Assembly (NCBI GenBank): GCA_037481835.1
Contig: JBBFKW010000014.1
Location: 79,657-143,656 of the forward strand
Length of the DNA stretch: 64,000 bases
Source: Desulfosoma sp.
GTDB taxonomy: Bacteria > Desulfobacterota > Syntrophobacteria > Syntrophobacterales > DSM-9756
Direction of reading: 5' to 3'
Part shown: in pieces, positions 29,345 to 36,578 of the stretch
Position numbering within the stretch: the stretch's first letter is position 1
How the letters are laid out: the number at the start of each line of letters is the position of its first letter
Made by a program: the position numbers and the translations under genes
The notes under the pieces: generated by a model
What the model saw: only the letters and a program-made list of their open reading frames with translations
The model's database searches: none
What the model was told of the DNA's origin: nothing

Positions 29345-29675
29345 AGATTCCCCGGGGGAACCTTTCGGCAGGCGCGGTCTATAATTGTAGGTTGGGGTTC
29401 GCTTCGCTCACCCCAACCTACGAGTTTATTCCAGGATGTCGGCCGGCGAATGCCGGTTGGGGTTCGCTTCGCTCACCCCAACCTACGAGTTTATTCCAGG
29501 ATGTCGGCCGTCCAAGGTAGGTTGGGGTGAGCGCAGCGAACCCCAACAAAAATCGGGGCCACTCTTGCACGTTGCGGTGTGGCAGCGAAGGATGAAACTC
29601 GAACGCCCGGGAGCTCCCAAAACTCGGGATCCCGGCCTCATCCCGGTAAAGATTCCCCCGGGAGTCTTTCGGCGA
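29314..29675. repeat. REP cluster bracketed by ~55-60-bp imperfect direct repeats of the acoR 3' end
   Basis: aaaactcgggatcccggcctcatcccggt at 29314 and 29619; REPs at 29387, 29456 (tandem duplicate) and 29517 (inverted). Confidence 0.85.
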
Positions 29676-29689
29676 GCGGGGTTTGGCTG

Positions 29690-30505
29690 ATGAAGAAGCC
29701 TCTGACTATATTATCTTATATCTTTCTTTGGCTGGCCGGCCTAAGCCTTTCTTCGGCCGCCGCGCAGGCTCCGTACACCCCGCAGCCGGGAAGCGTCGAG
29801 CGCAAGGCGATCATGGATGCCCTGCGGGCGGGACTGGAAGCTTTTCCGCATTCTGCCGATCCGGACTTTGCGTACAGGCGGCAAGACGTCGGGGTCCCTG
29901 CGGACCTTCCGGTCCGCTTCGTTGTCCACCATTTGAAAGTCAAGGAGGGATGGGCGTGGGCCGAAGTGGACGTCAAGGACTATTGCTGTGCCACCCTTTA
30001 TGCCCTCCTGCGCCGGGAAGAAAGGGGCTGGGCGGTCCAAGGCATGGTGAATCCTTTGTACGTCGTATGCCCGGATCCCGATCGGGGCGACCCCGTGGTT
30101 CAGCAATTCATCTACGAAAAATTCGCCGAGAAATTTCCCTTACTCCCCCGGGATATCTTTCCCGATGTACCGGCCGATCTCTCCCCTATCCTAAAGAACA
30201 TCAATGAAGGTCTGGTCAGAAATGGTCTGGTAGTGGATGGATCGCTTGTGTTTTTCGTGCGCTATTTCAAGAGAAAGGGCGATTGGGCCTGGCTGAAGGT
30301 GCAGCCCCGAAATGCCGAGGGGACGTTGATAACCGAAGAACTGGAGGGCCTCGTTCACTTGGAAGACGGGCGCTGGATTCTAAAGGCGGCCGTGCCGTGC
30401 TGCGGCGAATGCGAAGAAGATCCGGACTGCGCCGCGGGCAGGTACCCCAAGAAAGTCATGCGTCTTTTCCCCAAGGCGCCCAAAGAAATCTTTCCTTCAC
30501 CATAG
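29690..30505 (+). CDS. Exported hypothetical protein with internally duplicated domain
   Basis: Signal peptide; FVVHHLKVKEGWAW and FFVRYFKRKGDWAW repeats. Confidence 0.7.
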   Translation: MKKPLTILSYIFLWLAGLSLSSAAAQAPYTPQPGSVERKAIMDALRAGLEAFPHSADPDFAYRRQDVGVPADLPVRFVVHHLKVKEGWAWAEVDVKDYCCATLYALLRREERGWAVQGMVNPLYVVCPDPDRGDPVVQQFIYEKFAEKFPLLPRDIFPDVPADLSPILKNINEGLVRNGLVVDGSLVFFVRYFKRKGDWAWLKVQPRNAEGTLITEELEGLVHLEDGRWILKAAVPCCGECEEDPDCAAGRYPKKVMRLFPKAPKEIFPSP

Positions 30506-30685
30506 GCGATCCTCTTGTTCGGCGGACCTTCCCGCTGGAGATCGGCACCTTCCGGCGTTCCCATGGGACAAGGACGGCATCGAAAAGCGGTTGCTTGACG
30601 GAAGCGGGGATTTTTAGCATATTCGCCGGAAATCGGTGGATCGAGCTCGTGTTGGAGTTCCCCCTGTCCTTGAAAGGAGCGATGC

Positions 30686-30976
30686 GTGATCAAGACCATA
30701 TTGGCGGTGATGGGATGCGCGGCGGTTTTGGGGCTGGCTGCGGTTCCGGCCCCGGTAAGAGCCCAAGGGAACCAGGAGGCGCGATCTTTGGTGCAGAACC
30801 GGTGCACGGTCTGCCACAATCTCGCTCGGGTGAAAGCGCACATCGGCAAGAACGACCGAAAAGCCTGGGACGAGTATGTGTCGCGCATGCAAAAAAACGG
30901 AGCCCAAGTGACCGACGCCGAAAAACAGGCCATCGTCGATTACCTGGCATCCCTCAAGTCCGGAAAGGACCTCTAG
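30686..30976 (+). CDS. Small periplasmic monoheme cytochrome c
   Basis: RBS AAGGAG; signal peptide; CTVCH; W..YVSRM distal Met. Confidence 0.8.
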   Translation: MIKTILAVMGCAAVLGLAAVPAPVRAQGNQEARSLVQNRCTVCHNLARVKAHIGKNDRKAWDEYVSRMQKNGAQVTDAEKQAIVDYLASLKSGKDL

Positions 30977-31098
30977 GAGGCTGTCTGAGAACGAACCCGA
31001 AGGCCTTTTGTCCTGGGAGCGCGGGCCTCCGGCCCGCACGAGAAGCGGGCGAGACGCCCGCGCTCCCAGGAATATGCCATTCTCGGACAAGCTCCTAG
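30973..31098. mobile_element. 126-bp MITE-like element flanked by CTAG, with imperfect 15-bp TIRs and internal palindromes
   Basis: CTAG-GAGGCTGTCTGAGAA...TTCTCGGACAAGCTC-CTAG; full copies also at 35091 and 49448. Confidence 0.8.
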
Positions 31099-31114
31099 GC
31101 TGGCGCTTCGACCC

Positions 31115-32476
31115 ATGCGCGGGCATGCCCCTAAGCTCCTGCTGTTTCTGGCGGCCTTGTGTCCTGGGGTTTTGACGGCGGCGTGGGCCTCAAGCGCCCT
31201 CCCGGCCCTGGGAGGCTCCGGTGTTGCGGGTGCGGCCGCGGCCGTGAGCTCCCTCTTCGCTCAGAACGCCTTGGTGTTTTTGGGGATCCTGGTGCTGCTC
31301 GGGAGCCGGGCCGGGCCGGTGGAGCGCTACGTGGGGCTGGACCGCATGATTCGGGCTCACAGGCCCCTGGCGGTTGTCACCCTGTGCCTGCTTGTGGTCC
31401 ATGTGGGGCTGCAGGCGGTGCGGTTTTACAGCCTGGGCGGATTCCCGATGGCGGCTTCGGCGCTGCTCACGGCGGAGCTTTGGGAAATGACCGCGGGCCG
31501 CCTGGCCCTGCTGCTGCTTTTTCTGGCGGCCGGGGCGGCCGTTTTGGGAAGGTCCCTTCGAGTTCCGTTCCGCCTGTGGAAGCCGGTGCATCTCATGGCC
31601 TACGCGGCCGTCCCCTTGGCTTTGGCCCATGCCCTGTTCCGGGGGACGACCATGGCCGAGATCCCGCGGGTTCTCGTCTGGGGGATCATCGCAGGGGCGT
31701 TTGCAGGGGCTTGCCTGAGTCGGCTCGCCTCGGTGCTTCGGGGGCGGGACCGCGTGGTGTGCCGCGTGGAGCGGATCCTGCCCGAGACCCATGATACGGT
31801 CTCGGTGTTCCTGCGGCCGCTCAGGGGCCCGGGGCGATTGGCGGAGCGTCGGCCGGGACAGTTTGCGCTCCTGCGCCTCCCGGCAGGTCGGGGGTTCGGC
31901 GAACCCCACCCTTTTACCCTTTCGTGCTCCCCCCGGGATGAGCTGCTCCGGTTCACCATCAAGCGGATCGGTGCGTTCACCTCGAAAATCCACGGTCTTT
32001 CGCCCGGGGATCGGGTGCTGTGCGAAGGGCCCTACGGCGTATTCTGCACCGATGCAGACAATCGGTCTTCTCTGGCCTTGATCGCCGGAGGGGTCGGCAT
32101 CACGCCCTTCTTGAGCCTGCTCAGGCACTTCAGGGACACGGGGCGGGCCGTCCCAGCCGTGTTGCTCTATGCCAACAAGACCTTCGGGGATATCATCGGC
32201 CGGGAAGAGCTGGCGGCCATGACCCGCACCATGCCCCTTCGAGTGGTCCACATTTTGAGCCGGGAAGGATTCGCCGACGACCATCCCGGAGACGGCCCCG
32301 GGGTGAGCTTCGAGCGAGGCCATATCACGGCTGAGACGCTGCGCCGGCATCTTCGGTCCGACCACGCTTTCTACCTGTGCGGTCCCCCGGCCATGCAGGC
32401 CGCCGTCCTGAAAGAGGTCCGGGCCGTTTTCGGCCTGAAGGCGGCACGGGTCTCGCGGGAGCGCTTCTTCTGGTAA
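31115..32476 (+). CDS. Ferric reductase-like TM domain fused to FAD/NAD-binding (FNR) oxidoreductase
   Basis: TM His residues (HR..H, WKPVH..H); EPHPFT, EGPYG, IAGGVGITPF, YLCGPP. Confidence 0.88.
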   Translation: MRGHAPKLLLFLAALCPGVLTAAWASSALPALGGSGVAGAAAAVSSLFAQNALVFLGILVLLGSRAGPVERYVGLDRMIRAHRPLAVVTLCLLVVHVGLQAVRFYSLGGFPMAASALLTAELWEMTAGRLALLLLFLAAGAAVLGRSLRVPFRLWKPVHLMAYAAVPLALAHALFRGTTMAEIPRVLVWGIIAGAFAGACLSRLASVLRGRDRVVCRVERILPETHDTVSVFLRPLRGPGRLAERRPGQFALLRLPAGRGFGEPHPFTLSCSPRDELLRFTIKRIGAFTSKIHGLSPGDRVLCEGPYGVFCTDADNRSSLALIAGGVGITPFLSLLRHFRDTGRAVPAVLLYANKTFGDIIGREELAAMTRTMPLRVVHILSREGFADDHPGDGPGVSFERGHITAETLRRHLRSDHAFYLCGPPAMQAAVLKEVRAVFGLKAARVSRERFFW

Positions 32477-32594
32477 AAGAGAAGGCGGTCGCAGGCTTGG
32501 TCAGGCAGGCCGCCCCGATCAAACAGGGAACCTGCCCCACCTTCGGCCGTTCTTCAAGTCGTTGAAAGACAACGCCACGCCCAACGGAGCCCGG

Positions 32595-33569
32595 ATGAAA
32601 AAAACACGCAACGCAAAAGACCAAACAATCTTGCTGATCCGAAAAGCGGTGCTGGCCCCATCCAGCCACAATACTCAGCCGTGGCTCTTTCGCGTCTCCA
32701 ACACCGTTCTTGATCTCCGTGCAGACCGAACACGCGCTCTCCCGGTCAACGATCCGGATGACCGGGAACTTACCATCAGCTGTGGCTGCGCGCTCATGAA
32801 CCTGCGTATCGCCGCTGCAGGTTCCGGCTATTGCGCACAGGTCGAAGCCTTGCCGGACGCCAAGGATCGGGACTTCCTGGCGCGGGTGATGATCGCGCCC
32901 GGATCGGGTTCGCCGCGCCGTGAAGGTTTGCTGCTGGAATTTTTCGAAAAGCGGCGCACCTATCGCAAACCCTTTGACTCTCGCAATGTGGATTCCGCAA
33001 CGGTCGAACATGTGGTCGAAGCCGCTCACGCCGAGGGCGCTTGGCTGCGCCCCCTTGAAACCGAAGAGGAAAAGCAGCAGGCCGCCCGTCTCGCGGCCGA
33101 AGGCGACGCCCTGCAGTGGGCCGATTCGCCCTGGCGGCGCGAGCTTGCCGCTTGGATGCGTCCTCGACGCCGCGGGGACGGCTTGACGGTCCCGGCCTTG
33201 ATCGCGCCGGTATGGCAATTCGTCGTCCGCACAATCGACATGGGGGGCTTCGTGGGGGCCAAGGATCGGCATGTGGCGGAATCATCGCCACTTGTGGCGG
33301 TGCTTGGGACCGACGGGGACGGTCCGCGCCATTGGTTGGCGGCCGGACAGGCTCTCCAGCGCGTTCTGCTTGTCGCCTGCCGGCACGGCCTGCAGGCGTC
33401 GTATCTCAATCAGCCGATCCAGGCGGCCGCGCTCCGACCCAAGCTCCAAGAGCTCATCGGTAGGGGATTTCCGCAGGTCATGCTGCGGTTCGGTTACCCT
33501 GTTGACGAGATCCCGCCGAGTCCACGGCGCCCTGTCAAAGACGTCATCCAATGGGCATCAGCATGCTGA
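32595..33569 (+). CDS. Acg-type FMN-binding nitroreductase family protein
   Basis: APSSHNTQPW, ISCGCALMNL, RRTYR, WLAAGQALQRVLL, LRFGY..SPRR. Confidence 0.88.
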   Translation: MKKTRNAKDQTILLIRKAVLAPSSHNTQPWLFRVSNTVLDLRADRTRALPVNDPDDRELTISCGCALMNLRIAAAGSGYCAQVEALPDAKDRDFLARVMIAPGSGSPRREGLLLEFFEKRRTYRKPFDSRNVDSATVEHVVEAAHAEGAWLRPLETEEEKQQAARLAAEGDALQWADSPWRRELAAWMRPRRRGDGLTVPALIAPVWQFVVRTIDMGGFVGAKDRHVAESSPLVAVLGTDGDGPRHWLAAGQALQRVLLVACRHGLQASYLNQPIQAAALRPKLQELIGRGFPQVMLRFGYPVDEIPPSPRRPVKDVIQWASAC

Positions 33570-34417
33570 AGATGGGGATCATCATAGGACTGGTGCTCGC
33601 GGCAGCAACAGCGGCCGCCCTTGTGTACGGGGCCATAAGCTGGGCCAAGGGCACGCGGCAACTGCGGGCGCGCATGGAGAGCGCCCGCATGCCGACCACA
33701 GGAAAGGTTGTCCATTTTCGTGAACTTGAGGGGTTGCCCGAACCGGTGCAGCAATACTTTCGCACGGTGCTCAAAGAAGGCCGGCCTGTGGTGACCGGGG
33801 TGCGGGTGCGGCACCGAGGCACCTTCAATATGGGAGAAACGACCGAGAAGTGGCGGCCTTTTACGTCGGATCAGCGCGTGATGACGCGACCCCCGGGCTT
33901 CGATTGGGATGGTCGAGTCCAAATGATGCCCGGCCTGACCGTTCGTGTGCACGATGCCTACGTTGCGGGCCAAGGCATCCTGTATGCCGAAGTGCTGGGC
34001 CTGATTCGCGTGGTCGACCAGCGCGGGACGGCGGGTGTGGCCGAGGGTGAACTCATGCGTTTCTTGGCCGAAGCCGCATGGTATCCGACGGCTCTGCTGC
34101 CCGGCCAGGGCGTGCGATGGGAGGCGCTCGATAGGCGGTCGGCGCGGGCCACGCTCACCGACGGTGCGACCACCGTCACCATGTCGTTTCGGTTCAACGA
34201 CTCCGGCGTTATCGATACAGTGACGGCCGAGGCACGGGGTCGCACCGTGGGCACAAAGGTGATCCCCACGCCGTGGCAGGGACGTTTCTGGAATTACCAG
34301 GAGCGCGGCGGGATGCTGGTCCCGCTCGAGGGAGAGGTGGCCTGGCTGCTTCCCGAAGGGGCAAAGCCGTACTGGCGCGGTCGCATCACCGAAATGGAAT
34401 ATGAGTTCGCCACGTGA
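33563..34417 (+). CDS. Conserved membrane-anchored protein (DUF6544-like)
   Basis: LPEPVQQYF, PGFDWDG, ELMRFLAEAAWYPTALLP. Confidence 0.75.
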   Translation: MLKMGIIIGLVLAAATAAALVYGAISWAKGTRQLRARMESARMPTTGKVVHFRELEGLPEPVQQYFRTVLKEGRPVVTGVRVRHRGTFNMGETTEKWRPFTSDQRVMTRPPGFDWDGRVQMMPGLTVRVHDAYVAGQGILYAEVLGLIRVVDQRGTAGVAEGELMRFLAEAAWYPTALLPGQGVRWEALDRRSARATLTDGATTVTMSFRFNDSGVIDTVTAEARGRTVGTKVIPTPWQGRFWNYQERGGMLVPLEGEVAWLLPEGAKPYWRGRITEMEYEFAT

Positions 34418-34682
34418 GCGACCGATGCTCACCCCCCATGAATCCGTGACGGCCGAAAAACCCAACCCCTGCGAACCGCCGTGAACCCCCTTTTTTGACT
34501 CCGGCGGCAGCCCATTTTCAGCACGATGGGACCGCTGGAACCGCAAAACCCGGATAAGAGCCGATGGAGCAAGACATACTGCCCTTTTCGGGAGAACTCA
34601 CCCTTTGAGGCACTCTGGAGTGTTCGGGCGTATCGGGCCGCCCTGCCGGGTTGTAGGGCGGGCATATCCTCAGAGCCGGCTG

Positions 34683-34915
34683 TCACAATTTCAGCGGCAC
34701 TTCTGCGAATTCTTCCGGTGTGATTTCAATCTCGCGAAGGGTTTCCCTGATCAATGGACGGGCAAGGTCCCTTGCCGGGTGATTCGAAATGGTGGTCGTC
34801 CTCCCATCAGGATGGCGAAAAAAACATGACCTCCCTTTTGCCGGCTCGCCTGAAAACCTGGACGCAACAGCACTTTCTCCATCGCCTTACAGTCTATGAT
34901 GGGAAGCGGAGTCAT
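34683..34915 (-). pseudogene. hicA: HicA-family toxin, frameshifted in a T7 run
   Basis: MTPLPIIDCKAMEKVLLRPGFQASRQKGGHVF / FRHPDGRTTTISNHPARDLARPLIRETLREIEITPEEF..; 233 bp, one base short of frame. Confidence 0.8.
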
Positions 34916-35031
34916 ACGGCGACTTCAATCTGTTGCAATCCCACAAACCGGGGCAAATCTTCCATTGACCCCTGGTATTCCTCCAGGCACAACTCCAACA
35001 CTTCTTTAAGGTTTCTCTGAAGCTCATCTAA
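34912..35031 (-). pseudogene. hicB: HicB-family antitoxin, 5'-truncated remnant
   Basis: LDELQRNLKEVLELCLEEYQGSMEDLPRFVGLQQIEVAV*; ATGA overlap with hicA; no N-terminal half. Confidence 0.75.
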
Positions 35032-35090
35032 CTCTCACCGAGTCTTCTGCGTCACGTCGTGCACGTTCCTGGTTACCTAATCGGGTGATT

Positions 35091-35216
35091 CTAGGAGCTT
35101 GTCCGAGAATGGCATATTCCTGGGAGCGCGGGCGTCTCGCCCGCTTCTCGTGCGGGCCGGAGGCCCGCGCTCCCAGGAGAAGAGGCCTTCGGGTTCGTTC
35201 TCAGACAGCCTCCTAC
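35091..35216. mobile_element. 126-bp MITE-like element (reverse orientation)
   Basis: Reverse complement of 30973-31098; CTAG/CTAC ends. Confidence 0.8.
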
Positions 35217-35219
35217 GTG

Positions 35220-35675
35220 CGCTGTTGTTGGGCGTGGGCTTCGCTGATCCTGCGCCCCGCCGGGGCTTTTTGGGGAAAAGGGGGCGTCCGGCGACCCGGG
35301 GCGATGCCCCGGGCTCTATTGCTGTGCCCCTTAGGGGCAGGATGCGGGATGGCGCCCCGTCATCGCGGAGCCCAAAGGGGCCGCCCGTCCCAACCCGTAG
35401 CCCCGAAGGTCGCGATCCCCCAACGGTCCCTCGCCCCGCAGGGTCGAAGCACCCCAAGGGGATATCGCTCCGGAGGGGGAGGCATTCGAGCTCAGGGCCA
35501 AGCCCTGGGTTCCCGGGCGACCCCCGTGACCCAGCCCCGGAAGTGCGCAAGATCTCGTCCCGGGGCATCGCCCCGGCCACCAAACGCCGGGGTGGTCGTT
35601 GACCCCCATCACGGAAGGGCCGCGACAACGAAGCATGAAAGTCTAGTTCTTACAATATGTTAGAGAGACTTTCAT
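35220..35675. repeat. Composite REP-like tract homologous to 3600-3795, including a diverged solo copy of the 78-bp unit
   Basis: ggggcgtccggcga.c.cggggcgatgccccgggctctatt shared with ~3660; gacccccatcacg..atgaaagtct..agactttcat at 35601-35675. Confidence 0.7.
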
Positions 35676-35945
35676 GGAAATATACGTCCTTTCCGACGAG
35701 GGGCCAAAGGCGGCCCTCACGGGCGCTCGACATCATGTGGAACGATCCCATTGAGGTCAGGGTGTGGTTTTCGGTAAACCGAGCTCTGCACCTACGAAAA
35801 GCTCTCGATTTGTTAGAGCTCTTCCTGCTATGGTGGACACCCGTTCGGAACAGTCCATGTGCACTTCAGACCGAAAACTTGAGCGATTTGCACAAGGGAT
35901 GCCTGCTCCACTCGAATCTGTGACGGGTCTTTTTGATCGACGCTC

Positions 35946-36578
35946 ATGGCTGATTATTACATCCGCTGCGCGGACGAATACCATCGACAGACCTTTTTCC
36001 TGGACCCGAGCTCTTTCCTTCTTCCGCTTGCGGAAAAACTGCCTCCGGGGGCTCTCATCCTCGATGTGGGCTGCGGCTCCGGCCGCGACCTCTTGTGGTT
36101 TAAGAACAGGGGATTTCGCGTCCTGGGGTTTGAACTCTCCTATCCTCTGGCGTCCTTGGCCCGACGGATCGTCGGGTGCGAGATTATCGTCGGAGATTTC
36201 GAACGGTTCGATTTCTCCCCTGTCCACGCCGATGGGCTGTTGCTTGTCGGCGCCTTGGTCCATATTCCCCACGGCGCCCTCGCGCGGGTCCTCGGGAACA
36301 TCCTGCCTGCCATCAAACCCCAAGGGTTTGCGCTGCTCAGCATGAAGGAAGGGTGCGGTTTCTCCCAAGATTCATACGGGAACACATTCTATTATTGGAC
36401 GGACGAAAAACTTCGGAAGCTTTTCGAAACACTCGCGCTTGAACCGCTGCACATGCAAAGACAAGTGTCTCTGAAGAACCGACAGGACGTCTGGCTGAGT
36501 TACGTCCTCAAAAAAAGACAAGTCCACGGGAGGGCCCTCGTTGACGCGCACGGTCTACAGGAAGCTGGTTCGCGATAA
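35946..36578 (+). CDS. Class I SAM-dependent methyltransferase (TehB-like)
   Basis: ILDVGCGSGRD, ALVHIP, SMKEG..FYYWT..WLSYV. Confidence 0.88.
   Translation: MADYYIRCADEYHRQTFFLDPSSFLLPLAEKLPPGALILDVGCGSGRDLLWFKNRGFRVLGFELSYPLASLARRIVGCEIIVGDFERFDFSPVHADGLLLVGALVHIPHGALARVLGNILPAIKPQGFALLSMKEGCGFSQDSYGNTFYYWTDEKLRKLFETLALEPLHMQRQVSLKNRQDVWLSYVLKKRQVHGRALVDAHGLQEAGSR

Noticed and set aside
35077..35663. ORFs with recurring MSENGIFLGARASRPLL / MAYSWERGRLARF peptides (also near 5.5, 31 and 49.5 kb)
   Set aside because: Translations of the MITE, not a protein family
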